64,000 nt of DNA from sequence record MN894885.1, one strand, 5' to 3'. Positions within the stretch are counted from its first letter, which is position 1; each line of letters starts with the position of its first letter. The notes below the pieces were generated by a model that worked only from the letters and a program-made list of their open reading frames with translations, was not told the DNA's origin and did no database searches. Both the position numbers and the translations under genes were made by a program. This DNA comes from Escherichia phage Ec_Makalu_001. Positions 9,358-19,522 of the stretch are shown one piece after another.

Positions 9358-10128
9358 ATGAATATTATCCGAATAAAACTACCGGAAGGTGTACAGCGAT
9401 TTAAACCATTCACGGTAAAAGATTATAGAGATTTCCTTCTGGTGTCAACTGAAATTAAGATGAATCCAGAAGAAGAACAAACTATACTGGATGAGCTACT
9501 AGAAGAAATATATCCAGACGTAGACCCTGCATTTCGTGAATATATTTTCCTGAACGTTTTTACTAGCTCAATAGGTAAAACAAAGATACCGCTTTGCTTT
9601 ACTTGCCCGACTTGCAACAAAGAAAGAAAAATGTTGCTCAACTTACAGGTCGAAGCACTAAAACCAATCGTTCTGGAGGCCGCAGGGCTTAAAATAACTT
9701 TCCGGTATGTGAAACCATCAACCGACTATGCAAAAACGTTTCTAGATGCGATAGAGCGTGTCTCTGATGGTGTTAATGATTATCTATGGACTGAATTACC
9801 GGAAGAAGTTAGAGATCAGGTTATCGATTCAATCTCATTTGCTGAATTTGAAGAAGTTGTTAAGCAGATGCACACGATCAAGATCGAACAAAAGATATCT
9901 TGCTGTGAAAGTCATGACCTGAAATACATAGGTCTTCTTCCATTATTCAAATTGTTGTTGAATCCAGATGAGTTATTCATCTTTTATCGAATAAACCATC
10001 TATTGGCAAAATCAAATTATTCTATCAGTGATCTTATGGACATGTTACCCGTCGAGAGAAACATTGCACTGACACTGGTCGAGAAAGACGTAAAAGAGGC
10101 AAACAATGCAAAGAACGGGGTTTCCTAA
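9358..10128 (+). CDS. 51: Baseplate hub assembly protein gp51
   Basis: 256 aa; divergently transcribed from gene 26 as in T4; CxxC...CxxC zinc-binding pairs; synteny. Confidence 0.55.
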   Translation: MNIIRIKLPEGVQRFKPFTVKDYRDFLLVSTEIKMNPEEEQTILDELLEEIYPDVDPAFREYIFLNVFTSSIGKTKIPLCFTCPTCNKERKMLLNLQVEALKPIVLEAAGLKITFRYVKPSTDYAKTFLDAIERVSDGVNDYLWTELPEEVRDQVIDSISFAEFEEVVKQMHTIKIEQKISCCESHDLKYIGLLPLFKLLLNPDELFIFYRINHLLAKSNYSISDLMDMLPVERNIALTLVEKDVKEANNAKNGVS

Positions 10129-11215
10129 TGTCTCAATAAAACTTTATCAGGATTATGAGGCATTTCTAAATCATCGCTTTATAGAATTGGGTGCTACCTT
10201 TGTTACAATGACTCTGCGTGATTCGATTCGTGGGGTGAACGAAGGATTGTTGCAATTCTATGATAATAAAGCGATGCATACAAAATTAAACGGGCGGGAG
10301 ATCATTCAGATTTCGTTATCTACTGCCAACACAGATGAAGTGTTCAACCGAATCTATGGGATCTCTCATAGTAATGTAACGATTGACCAAAAATCCGACA
10401 ACATTTTAACATTCCAGTTAAAGAGCTATCACGAAACACTAAACCTTAAATTTTCTCGCGCATTGACAAATAACGCTGTTAATAACGTAACCAGTATGAT
10501 TGATGCCATCTATAAGGAAGTCCCTTTATGGAAACCAGCTATAAAAGGTGATAACGTTGTTATTCCTCGTTGTCCGTGGGTTAGTACCATAAATGACTAT
10601 ATGGATTTTGTGAGGGCATACGGGCAAAGCGTAGAAACCGAGTCTTTCGTGTATTGTTGGGAAGATTTTGATGGTATAACTATAGCCGGACACGATACAA
10701 TATTAAAAAATGAGCCAATACCAGCTATAATCTGTGAGCCTAGACTCATGGGGCAATTTATTGATATGTCACCTAATCTGATGGTTTTTAATTTCGAGTG
10801 GCAGACTAAGAGCAATGCTAAAGTTAAAAATTCATTTAACAATGTGACATACACGACTATTGATTTTGTTACTAAGCAGTATAATAAAATTGTTGTTGGT
10901 AACGGGGATAACATTGCTCATTTTGCACATGGTGGCGCTTATGGGGAGTTGACTTATAAGAATGCATTTTTGGAAGGTTCTAAACTTGCCACAATAGAAC
11001 AGTATGATTCATATGCTACCGCCGTGTGTCATGGTAATTTTTCATTGCGTCCTGGTATGGTAATTCGATTCTTTGACGAGAAGCAACAAGCACGCAATGA
11101 TTTTATTGTTGACGAAGTGGTGCATGAAATTAGCCGAGAACAATCATTAACTCACCTGTATATGATCGGTAACAGCGAAGAATTACAGGAAGTCAAATTT
11201 GAAGGTAAGATATAA
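10106..11215 (+). CDS. 27: Baseplate hub protein gp27
   Basis: 369 aa; N-terminus (PNxSxKLxxxYxAxxNxRFxELxAT...TLRDS...NEGxLQFYD) matches T4 gp27. Confidence 0.85.
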   Translation: MQRTGFPNVSIKLYQDYEAFLNHRFIELGATFVTMTLRDSIRGVNEGLLQFYDNKAMHTKLNGREIIQISLSTANTDEVFNRIYGISHSNVTIDQKSDNILTFQLKSYHETLNLKFSRALTNNAVNNVTSMIDAIYKEVPLWKPAIKGDNVVIPRCPWVSTINDYMDFVRAYGQSVETESFVYCWEDFDGITIAGHDTILKNEPIPAIICEPRLMGQFIDMSPNLMVFNFEWQTKSNAKVKNSFNNVTYTTIDFVTKQYNKIVVGNGDNIAHFAHGGAYGELTYKNAFLEGSKLATIEQYDSYATAVCHGNFSLRPGMVIRFFDEKQQARNDFIVDEVVHEISREQSLTHLYMIGNSEELQEVKFEGKI

Positions 11216-11733
11216 TGACAGAAACTAAACCTATGTTAAAATTTGTTGTTCCTGTAAAAACTTTAGAGATAAACGGGAAACATATCAAGATCCCAAAAAT
11301 GGGTATTAAGCAACATCGATTATTAAAAGATGTTCGTAGCTGCGATGAAACATTAAAGATTCTTCTTGATTCAATCTGCCCTGGGTTAAACGCTGCTGAG
11401 TCTGAATTGGTTATGCTTAATCTTTGTGCGTTTAATGGTAAATGTCTGGAAGAAAAAGACGGTCTTAAACTATCTGATGTGTATATTTGTACAGAAACTG
11501 AATTTGATTTAAATGGCAAAACATTTAAATTTAAAAATCCGATGTATACTTCTGACCCCATTATCGATGACGCTGATTTCTTGAGTCATCATTATCACGA
11601 TCCTAGTGTAGACTTCCATGACTTCCCAGCTTTTATTATGGATTGGGCTACAGGATTAAGAAAAACTATTGCACTGGATACGCCGGAAGGTACTATCTAT
11701 GGTGGAATTAACATATTGGATCGCCTATCATGA
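11215..11733 (+). CDS. 28: Baseplate hub protein gp28
   Basis: 172 aa, coupled to gp27 stop; size and synteny as T4 gp28. Confidence 0.6.
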   Translation: MTETKPMLKFVVPVKTLEINGKHIKIPKMGIKQHRLLKDVRSCDETLKILLDSICPGLNAAESELVMLNLCAFNGKCLEEKDGLKLSDVYICTETEFDLNGKTFKFKNPMYTSDPIIDDADFLSHHYHDPSVDFHDFPAFIMDWATGLRKTIALDTPEGTIYGGINILDRLS

Positions 11734-13463
11734 ATGACGCATTAACATCATTTCGCGGGATGCGCAAGGAAGCGGAAGAAAATCCGATTGATAAACTTAA
11801 CAAATTAGATAAACTTGATTCTATTGATAATTTGCAAGCCGCTACCGAATTGGTGGCGGAGACAGTAGAACAAAAATCTAATGAAGTTGTTGGTGCGGTA
11901 GAGGATAACACCGCAGCCAATGAATTAACGGCAGAGAATACACAATCTACCGCTGGCAATACCCAAAAAACTTATGAAGAATTGCAAAAACTCAATAATT
12001 TCTCTTCTCAGATGAATGAGAAATTACGTGGTTTTGGCGTTATGATGGAACGTAGATTTGGTGTTGTCAGTAAAATGGCGAGCGGTATTGGTGCGATTGA
12101 AGAAGCACTGAAAAAACCGGAACAACCGCAAACAATGCCATCACCTCAGCCAGTTTTGCCTACTGTACCGGAACAGCCTAATAATGACAACTATCAAGGT
12201 CTTCCAAAGAAAAAACCAGATGTTGATGACCGAAAGAAAAAGAACGCCACAGATAAGCGTAATGCGGATTCTATGGAGAATCTTATTAAAGTTGTTCGTG
12301 GTGGATTTAAAGAAACCATAGGAATCTCTAATAAGGTCTTAGGGATGTTATTTAAGATCACCTTAACCGCAATGGCAGAAGCCGCAAAATGGGGTGCTAT
12401 TTTGATGGGTATTGTTTTCGTCATTGATACCCTGATGGTTCATTTCAGATATTGGAGCGATTTATTCGAAACAAAATTCGATGATTTTATGGATAAGGCC
12501 GGAGAATGGGCTGGACCAATTAGTGATATTCTAACAACTATTCGTCAAGTTCGAGATTATTGGTCTAAAGGCGAATATGGAGAATTAATTAAATCTCTTG
12601 TTATGGGTATTGGTGATGCATTCTATAAAACCTTTATCCAACTTGATCGAATTATCACTACTGGTATTGCTAAAATTCTTCGCATGATTCCTGGTATGGG
12701 TGATTATGCCGATAAGTTAGAATATGGTGCTTTAAAATCTGCTGTCGCTCAAGGATATACGCCAAATGAAAGAGAACTCGAATTAATGGATAAGGTCGAG
12801 TCTGAACACGAAAAAGACAAGTATGGAGAGCGCACAGGGTGGACCGGAAAAGCCCGTGATATTGGCGAAGCTATCGGGGATTCTATTAAGGATAAAGTTA
12901 ACGAAGGTCTTGTTAGTCTGGGTTGGCGAGATCAAAAGGATGTTGACGCAGAGAAGCGACAAGAAGAATTAAAGCGCGGAGAATATGAGTCTGTTTCTGC
13001 TGAACAACGATCTGCTAGTCGTAAACTTAGAATTAAAAGTGAGGGCGCGATCAACAATATTAATGAAGTTATGGAGAATTTGAGCGGTGACTATGACAAA
13101 GAAAGAATGGGAGAGTTGAAAAAGGATATTGATGTTTACCGTGAGAAAGTTCAAGATCCTACATTAGTTGAAAGTGATCGTTCTCAGTTAGAGCGTCTTA
13201 TTGAAAAATTTGATGAGATGTATGCTGATAAAACTAAGGGTGTTGTGCAAACACAGCCAGTTCCTGCAACTGAAACGGAAACAGCAAAACAAGCGGAACG
13301 TACTGAACAAATGCAGAAACAAGCTGCAATCCAGCAACAAACGACAAATCAGACCTCAAACGTAAATAATACACAAATTGTAACAAACAATAGAACTATT
13401 AAACAGGGTGCACCAACAACTAGAATTGATGCCCCAGGTACAATTAATATGGGGAACTTTTAA
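11730..13463 (+). CDS. 29: Baseplate hub / tail length determinator gp29
   Basis: 577 aa, coiled-coil-rich, internal hydrophobic segment; size and synteny as T4 gp29. Confidence 0.65.
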   Translation: MNDALTSFRGMRKEAEENPIDKLNKLDKLDSIDNLQAATELVAETVEQKSNEVVGAVEDNTAANELTAENTQSTAGNTQKTYEELQKLNNFSSQMNEKLRGFGVMMERRFGVVSKMASGIGAIEEALKKPEQPQTMPSPQPVLPTVPEQPNNDNYQGLPKKKPDVDDRKKKNATDKRNADSMENLIKVVRGGFKETIGISNKVLGMLFKITLTAMAEAAKWGAILMGIVFVIDTLMVHFRYWSDLFETKFDDFMDKAGEWAGPISDILTTIRQVRDYWSKGEYGELIKSLVMGIGDAFYKTFIQLDRIITTGIAKILRMIPGMGDYADKLEYGALKSAVAQGYTPNERELELMDKVESEHEKDKYGERTGWTGKARDIGEAIGDSIKDKVNEGLVSLGWRDQKDVDAEKRQEELKRGEYESVSAEQRSASRKLRIKSEGAINNINEVMENLSGDYDKERMGELKKDIDVYREKVQDPTLVESDRSQLERLIEKFDEMYADKTKGVVQTQPVPATETETAKQAERTEQMQKQAAIQQQTTNQTSNVNNTQIVTNNRTIKQGAPTTRIDAPGTINMGNF

Positions 13464-14521
13464 TGAAAATTAGTGTTATCAATGATGCCGTTGATAGCTT
13501 TAAAGCGGGGGTTAAAACCTCCGCTGGTTTTACCTCAAAAAATAAAGGGAAAACATTAACCGCTCAATTCCCCGCTGAACGTGCTAGCGGTAATGATGCT
13601 AGCGGTTATTATATCAACGACTTATATAATAATGGTCTGTTATTCACTGCATACGATTATACATCTCGTACTACCGGATCGTTGCGTGATTTCAGGAAAA
13701 AGAAAAATGTTGCTAGTGGTTTTGGTGGTAGCGTTAATATCGCTGGTTTTGATTTAAATTTGGGTGGGAGAAATGCTGCATTTGACCGAGAGGCAATTGC
13801 TAATATTCTTCTTCCTCGTAGTCAATCTGACGTTGACGCTGCTAGCCATAAGTTTAATGATGTTGGTGAATCTGTTATTTCTCGCGGTGGTGGTACTTTA
13901 GGAGGTGCTCTTTCTAATATGGCATCTACTGCCGTTTTTGGTGGTATCGAAAGTATTACTGGTGGATATCTTGCCGATCACGGTGAACAGATTTATAATA
14001 CTGCTCGAAGCATGTATGCTGGTGCTGACGCACGAACTAAAAACTACGTATGGCATCTAACCCCACGTAGTATTGAAGACCTTCGCAATATTCTAATCAT
14101 ATACGAAACGTTTTTAGAATTGTCTTATGGTTCTAGTGGTATTTCCAGCACCGCAAAAGAATTAAAAGCGGAAGTTGATGCGTGGTATAAAAATACACTA
14201 TTGAGAAAATCCACCCCAGAGGAAGCGAAGAGAAACGATACTCTGTTTGAAGGGATCACCGATTTTCTATCAAACGTAATTACTGTATCTAACCCGACAA
14301 TATGGATGATCTCTAACTTCGGCAAGCGTACATCGTTTGAAGGGCGTAGCGATGCATTTGGTCCCGCTCAGATCTCAAGTGTACGTCTGGACAAGTCGCC
14401 TGATGGTAAGTTTAATGGCCTTGCTATTTCTCCTAACTTGCCGAGTACCTTTGTTCTGGAAGTATCATTTAGAGAGATCTTGACACTTTCCCGTGGTACT
14501 ATATTTGGGAGTGCGGCATAA
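13463..14521 (+). CDS. 48: Baseplate tail tube cap gp48
   Basis: 352 aa; synteny and size as T4 gp48; coupled starts. Confidence 0.65.
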   Translation: MKISVINDAVDSFKAGVKTSAGFTSKNKGKTLTAQFPAERASGNDASGYYINDLYNNGLLFTAYDYTSRTTGSLRDFRKKKNVASGFGGSVNIAGFDLNLGGRNAAFDREAIANILLPRSQSDVDAASHKFNDVGESVISRGGGTLGGALSNMASTAVFGGIESITGGYLADHGEQIYNTARSMYAGADARTKNYVWHLTPRSIEDLRNILIIYETFLELSYGSSGISSTAKELKAEVDAWYKNTLLRKSTPEEAKRNDTLFEGITDFLSNVITVSNPTIWMISNFGKRTSFEGRSDAFGPAQISSVRLDKSPDGKFNGLAISPNLPSTFVLEVSFREILTLSRGTIFGSAA

Positions 14522-15453
14522 TGTTTGATTTAAATGACTTTAACGAACAAGCCGCTAACCTTGACTTTCAGCGATCTAACTTATTCAGCGTGGCATTTGC
14601 CACCACTCCAAGTAATAAGACACAAGCGATCCTAGAAAGTATGGGCGGTGCGGTATATGATATTATACCAAATGCATTAAATGACTATTTCGGGATTACT
14701 CGTGGTGATTATACTGACGCATTAACAAATCTTGCTGTACAGGGTGTTAGGCGTGCTGTTGATTCATCCGGTGTCAAAAAGTATCTTTTAGGTGCAATGT
14801 CATCCCGCGTAGTTCAATCTCTTCTGGGGCAATTTGATGTTGGTACATATGCGCTTGACTGGTTCAATATGGCATATAAGACAAGCGGTCTTCTGGTGTA
14901 TGCTGTTAAGGTTCCAGAAAACAGATTGAATTATGAAATAGACCGTAACCACAATGCGCCAAACATTCGAATTACCGGACGTGATTTTGATCCGCTTGTA
15001 TTGAGCTTTAGAATGGACTCTAGCGCATCAAACTATAGAGCAATGCAGGATTGGGTTAACTCAGTAGAAGACCCAGTTACAGGGCTTCGTGCGCTTCCTG
15101 TTGACGTTGAAGCAGATATTCAGGTTAACTTACATAACCGAATGGGAGTTCCTCACACGATCATGATGTTTAATGGTTGTGTTCCTGTTGGTGTGAGTGC
15201 ACCGGAATTAACCTATGAAAATAACAACGAAATTACAACATTCGATGTTACTTTTGCGTATAGGACTATGCAAACTGGTGCTGTAGGAGAGCAAGCCGCG
15301 CGAGAATGGATTGAGGATAAGGCAATAAACGCAATAACAAACACTTTCGGCAACAATTTACTTGATAGTGGGTTATCTGCTGCTGGTAATGCTTTATCGC
15401 GTCTAAATGGCGTCGGTGGGCGTGTGGTGAATACTGTCACTAACTGGTTCTGA
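14521..15453 (+). CDS. 54: Baseplate tail tube initiator gp54
   Basis: 310 aa; synteny and size as T4 gp54. Confidence 0.65.
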   Translation: MFDLNDFNEQAANLDFQRSNLFSVAFATTPSNKTQAILESMGGAVYDIIPNALNDYFGITRGDYTDALTNLAVQGVRRAVDSSGVKKYLLGAMSSRVVQSLLGQFDVGTYALDWFNMAYKTSGLLVYAVKVPENRLNYEIDRNHNAPNIRITGRDFDPLVLSFRMDSSASNYRAMQDWVNSVEDPVTGLRALPVDVEADIQVNLHNRMGVPHTIMMFNGCVPVGVSAPELTYENNNEITTFDVTFAYRTMQTGAVGEQAAREWIEDKAINAITNTFGNNLLDSGLSAAGNALSRLNGVGGRVVNTVTNWF

Positions 15454-15461
15454 TAAGCGAA

Positions 15462-15492
15462 AGGCGGGGACAATCACCCGCCTTTTTATTTT
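15462..15492 (+). terminator. Rho-independent terminator after gene 54
   Basis: Hairpin aggcggg...cccgcct followed by TTTTTATTTT. Confidence 0.6.
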
Positions 15493-15971
15493 GCTAAATC
15501 ATTGCAATATTTTAGTGCCTTAGTTTGAAACTCTGCGCTGTTAAGTTCTTCATAACGGTCATAATCACCGTTTAATGCTGCCTTTCTTGCTTCTTGTTCT
15601 ATCTGCATGTCAGACATGATAATACAACGATCCCGCGCTTTCATCTTCTCAAGTTGTATAGACTCTTCTTGTTGCTTGCGCAATTCTTCTTGATGCTTCT
15701 TTTCTTCTCGTGCTTTCTCTTCCCGCGCTTCTTTGATTGCATCTTTGAACATCTGCGTTTGTGGTGCTAAACCAACTTTAACGCGATCCACGTCTCGACG
15801 TTCCATTTTAGAAATAAAGCATGATTCGATCTGGTCATCGCTTGCATATGCTGCTTTACATTCACGAAGCAAGAAAACCGGATCTGATTTAGCATTCATC
15901 ATAGCTTCCATGTTAGTACAACCAGTAAGCATGAATGCAGCCGCAAGACCAATCAGTTTAATCATTTTCAT
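15486..15971 (-). CDS. Predicted lipoprotein with coiled-coil
   Basis: Signal peptide with lipobox LTGC (MKMIKLIGLAAAFMLTGC); charged coiled-coil middle; coupled to upstream Alt-like gene. Confidence 0.55.
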   Translation of the reverse strand: MKMIKLIGLAAAFMLTGCTNMEAMMNAKSDPVFLLRECKAAYASDDQIESCFISKMERRDVDRVKVGLAPQTQMFKDAIKEAREEKAREEKKHQEELRKQQEESIQLEKMKARDRCIIMSDMQIEQEARKAALNGDYDRYEELNSAEFQTKALKYCNDLAK

Positions 15972-16792
15972 TTAGTCACCTCACCGAAAATTGTAAATTG
16001 TCTACGATTCTCATCGCCGAAAGATTCTACTACGTCGTTTACCTTGATGCAAGTCCCGCGCGGTAAAATTACTTCACATTCGCAAGGATTCCATGCAATA
16101 GACCCAACAACAAAACCTTTATGATCTTTTACGTCAATTACCCATGATACATTACAAGAATGTTGCATCTTTCCGGTCATTGATTCATATCGATTCTCAC
16201 AATAAAGGCTAGTGCTGTTTGAAAGCCATCCTCCAAAGATGATCGGTGTCATGCTGGTCGATACAAAGTTTTTAAAGGTAAATTCCTTATCTTCAATAAT
16301 ACGCTCTATTGTCTGAATGTCAAGATGTTGACCGCGATAAAGAGTACCGTTTAACTTTTCGGTTTTATCCATGACACAATCCATCAAATCGACAATCTCT
16401 GATATCTCATCGGTCATGTCTTCTTCCCCTAAGAGAGCACCATTTACCCATTCGTATTGTTCAGACACATAATCGCAGATTGCATTATATTCTGCTGGGG
16501 TTATGTTGTTATGTTTGTAATGTTTGAATACATTATCTCCAAAATCTTCGGAATGTACTTCATACATCACATTAATGATTTTCTTGACAAATCCATAATC
16601 TTGCGTTTCTCGCTCAAGGAAACGGATAACTTTCACGTAATCATCAAAGTTAATATGATCGCTGATCATTTCAGTGATCATGTAACCATTAATCCCCTCA
16701 ATGCCATATGTTTCGATGTAATTATCCATACGTTCCATCATTGATTCGCGTGATTCTTCTGAAAGGCGAAAATCCTGTAATTTCTTGAACAT
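15968..16792 (-). CDS. ADP-ribosyltransferase, Alt/Mod-like paralogue
   Basis: 274 aa; ART catalytic signature: YRG (Arg), FVSTS (STS motif), ECEVILPRG (ExE) in correct order. Confidence 0.6.
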   Translation of the reverse strand: MFKKLQDFRLSEESRESMMERMDNYIETYGIEGINGYMITEMISDHINFDDYVKVIRFLERETQDYGFVKKIINVMYEVHSEDFGDNVFKHYKHNNITPAEYNAICDYVSEQYEWVNGALLGEEDMTDEISEIVDLMDCVMDKTEKLNGTLYRGQHLDIQTIERIIEDKEFTFKNFVSTSMTPIIFGGWLSNSTSLYCENRYESMTGKMQHSCNVSWVIDVKDHKGFVVGSIAWNPCECEVILPRGTCIKVNDVVESFGDENRRQFTIFGEVTK

Positions 16793-16816
16793 TTTAAACC
16801 TCCCATATAACAGAAA

Positions 16817-16843
16817 ACGGGGCTAGTATAAAACTAGTCCCCG
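16817..16843. other. Perfect 11-bp stem-loop between the two ADP-ribosyltransferase genes
   Basis: acggggctagt-ataaa-actagtccccgt read directly; weak U-run, so a processing site is as plausible as a terminator. Confidence 0.4.
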
Positions 16844-16871
16844 TTTGAGTCAACCATTATTTCTTAAAAAA

Positions 16872-18923
16872 TTACATTTTAAATTTATCCGGCATAGCGT
16901 CTACAGACACAAGATCAGCGATAAGCTGACGTAGAGTTGCCTTATCTGCTTTCTTACGTTCGGTTTTAGCTTCGGTAATGAAGCTGGAGAAAGACAGGTC
17001 AGAAGCAGGTTTAACAACACCTTCACGGATGAATGCATCACCGTCCGCGATCATCTCACCAGATTCTTGTAATGCTGCCAGTTCATTTTTGTTCATAATA
17101 TGTGCCTCGATGTAATAAGTTTCTTGTGAATCCGTCGATGCCGTAGCACGAGTTACCGTATCAAAGGATAACACAACACCGCGAGGAAGTAAAATCTCGC
17201 ATTCTTTGTAAGCAAATGCTTTGTTACCTACTGGCAATACAGGGATGTTTTCCGCGCCAGCAATGGAGAAAGCAACATTAGCGCCACCTTCACCGCGAGA
17301 TCCAGCCATAGAATCAACACCAGCAACGGCACTAGCCACGTTTGCATTCCATCCACCAAAAATATTAGGTGCAAGGGAAGTGCTCACATAGTTTTTAAAG
17401 TAAAACGCTTTTTGCTTACGTGCAGTTTCCCACATTTGAGAACGGAAGTCCATACCACGATACAAGATAGTACCTGGATCAAGTTTAACACCATAGTTAG
17501 CAAATGCGTTATCCAGTGCATCACACATCTTGACCAATTCTTCTGGGTCTGCGATGCCTTCAAACTCTTCCAGCTTACGGTCGGTTAGGAAGTTGTTCAT
17601 ATTGATGTATGCTGCATCCGCATATTCGCTCAACACAAAACCTTCCGCGCCAGGCAGATCAAGATCAATATCTGCCATCATTTCACCCATGTTGCTAGCA
17701 ATTGCTTCAAACATACCGGAAGCAACATTACGCAGGGCATCGGTTTTAATCTGCGTGATGTGACTACGCAGCATTTCAGCTTTTACATCTGCTGGCATAG
17801 ACTGGTCGACGCGATCCATTGCTAGGGCGGTGATCTTGTTTTCAAACACTTCTTCATTCATGATTTCTTTTAAGCGTTTGATTGATGCTGCGATAACTTC
17901 CGCAGACAACGGATCATATTGATCCTGAACTTTTACCAGTTCGCTTACTGCGTATTTTGCATCGGCTTCGCTTTCAAAAATAGTACGCATGAAACCATAG
18001 CGAGTGATAATATCACTTGTCCAGTCATTCAGAGAACGGGCGGTTGAACGTTCTAAGGCTTGACGGTCAATCAGAGTATTAAACTGTTTCTTAGGTTCTG
18101 CTTCGGTGATATCTTCTTCCGGTTTAAGATTAATTTTTTCTGGATGATTCACATAGTCGCTGTTATAGGTCGCTTGAGTTTTCAGCATTTCTTCTTTAGT
18201 CAAACGAGATTTAGCCGCTACGCGTTGTTCTGCTTCCGCGTTTCGTTCTTCTTCTGACACAAGACTAGCCGCATACGCCTCATCTTTAGTCAGAGATTCA
18301 CCAGTAGCCTTAGATACCCAGCGATCACCTAAATCACTTTCTACTTTAGTGAACAGGGATTCATCGAGTTTAATCCCTTTAATCTTATCAATCGCCATCC
18401 CGCGACGTTTGACAACAACTAAAGCGATCTTTTTGCTGGTCATTACTTCCTGCTGGAATACTTCAAACTTCGGTGTACGACGCACCAAACGCTCTATAAC
18501 GCGCTTAACCAGTTCGGTCTTACCTTTCATGCGGGATACGTTAAAACGGAACATAACAGCGTCTAATTGCGCTTTACGGGCTGTTTCCATAACCACATCA
18601 AAAGCACTTGACATAACTGCAATTGGGTTATCTCCTAGACCATTTTTAAGCTGTACAATACGACCGCTTTTGTTCATTTCGCACAGTACAACATGTGCGG
18701 TCTTGTCACCCATACGAATGATTTTAGGTGTTTTGTTGGTGAAGTTACAAAGACGGACAATCACATCTTTATCGCGTGTCTGTACTGCAAAAAGCTGTTT
18801 AGGATTCTGCTTAGGCTTTAAGCACTGTACCGGAGCAATACTGCCAAAGTTTTCTTCCTCTTCCGTCAACAGCCATTTCTCGAAAGATTCAATCATTAGA
18901 TCGTCGATTTCTAAGTTAAACAT
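16872..18923 (-). CDS. alt: Alt ADP-ribosyltransferase (head-packaged)
   Basis: 683 aa (T4 Alt is 682 aa); C-terminal ART signature ILYRG, YVSTS, ECEILLPRG; synteny after gene 54. Confidence 0.75.
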   Translation of the reverse strand: MFNLEIDDLMIESFEKWLLTEEEENFGSIAPVQCLKPKQNPKQLFAVQTRDKDVIVRLCNFTNKTPKIIRMGDKTAHVVLCEMNKSGRIVQLKNGLGDNPIAVMSSAFDVVMETARKAQLDAVMFRFNVSRMKGKTELVKRVIERLVRRTPKFEVFQQEVMTSKKIALVVVKRRGMAIDKIKGIKLDESLFTKVESDLGDRWVSKATGESLTKDEAYAASLVSEEERNAEAEQRVAAKSRLTKEEMLKTQATYNSDYVNHPEKINLKPEEDITEAEPKKQFNTLIDRQALERSTARSLNDWTSDIITRYGFMRTIFESEADAKYAVSELVKVQDQYDPLSAEVIAASIKRLKEIMNEEVFENKITALAMDRVDQSMPADVKAEMLRSHITQIKTDALRNVASGMFEAIASNMGEMMADIDLDLPGAEGFVLSEYADAAYINMNNFLTDRKLEEFEGIADPEELVKMCDALDNAFANYGVKLDPGTILYRGMDFRSQMWETARKQKAFYFKNYVSTSLAPNIFGGWNANVASAVAGVDSMAGSRGEGGANVAFSIAGAENIPVLPVGNKAFAYKECEILLPRGVVLSFDTVTRATASTDSQETYYIEAHIMNKNELAALQESGEMIADGDAFIREGVVKPASDLSFSSFITEAKTERKKADKATLRQLIADLVSVDAMPDKFKM

Positions 18924-18964
18924 TTTATATCCTCTAGTTGATAACCTATAAACCTATATTTATG

Positions 18965-18985
18965 AAAAAGGGGCTTAACGCCCCC
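18965..18985 (-). terminator. Rho-independent terminator (minus strand); same hairpin recurs at 22987-23006
   Basis: Hairpin ggggc-gttaa-gcccc followed by U-run on minus strand. Confidence 0.5.
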
Positions 18986-18990
18986 ATTTA

Positions 18991-19203
18991 TTATAATGCA
19001 CCATCGAGCAATTGCTCTAAGGTGTATCCTGAATAGTCTTTTTCAATCAGGATATATTTTCCTACTCGTTTAATACAACCGCGCATTTCAACGTATTCTG
19101 CGTAGTTGATGGTGCGAGTTGTTCCATCTTCTAGTAAAGCAGTACCGATTTCGTTAATGCGGTCATAAGTTACGTCGGTAATGATGATTTCGATGTTAGC
19201 CAT
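18991..19203 (-). CDS. Hypothetical small protein (70 aa)
   Basis: ORF preceded by cassette promoter and GGAG RBS. Confidence 0.45.
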   Translation of the reverse strand: MANIEIIITDVTYDRINEIGTALLEDGTTRTINYAEYVEMRGCIKRVGKYILIEKDYSGYTLEQLLDGAL

Positions 19204-19239
19204 TTGATACTCCTTAGTAGTTCGTTTCGGTATGGGTGT

Positions 19240-19268
19240 ATTATGATATACACCCTCTGTTATGTCAA
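19240..19268 (-). promoter_or_regulatory. Sigma70-like early promoter (PeSL-type cassette)
   Basis: Minus strand: TTGACA, 17-bp spacer, CATAAT; conserved leader with GGAG RBS follows. Confidence 0.55.
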
Positions 19269-19274
19269 CAACTT

Positions 19275-19453
19275 TTAGAACATTTTTGAAATTAATTCTG
19301 CTTTGATTTCGCAGAGAACATCTAAAGATTTCTCGTCACCCGCTTTTGCTGCTTCTGCTTGCATTTTTGAAATGGCTTCAATGTCAGTGCAATTATAAGC
19401 CGCTTGAACTTTAGCGATTGCGATGATTGCCGATTCGATGGTTAAGTGTTTCA
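19275..19453 (-). CDS. Small protein (58 aa), not in supplied ORF track
   Basis: Own translation MKHLTIESAIIAIAKVQAAYNCTDIEA...; preceded by cassette promoter and GGAGAATCAAAC leader. Confidence 0.4.
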
Positions 19454-19486
19454 TGTTTGATTCTCCTTTCGTTTCGGTATGTGTGC

Positions 19487-19515
19487 AGTACAGGGGATCG
19501 CCGATCCCCTGTCAA
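19487..19515 (-). promoter_or_regulatory. Sigma70-like early promoter with palindromic GATC-containing spacer
   Basis: Minus strand: TTGACA, spacer GGGGATCGGCGATCCCC (17 bp, inverted repeat, two GATC), -10-like hexamer. Confidence 0.5.
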
Positions 19516-19522
19516 CAACTTT

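Noticed and set aside
18349-18951. Plus-strand ORF (200 aa) inside the alt gene
   Set aside because: Antisense to Alt, which has a clear ART signature; no RBS.
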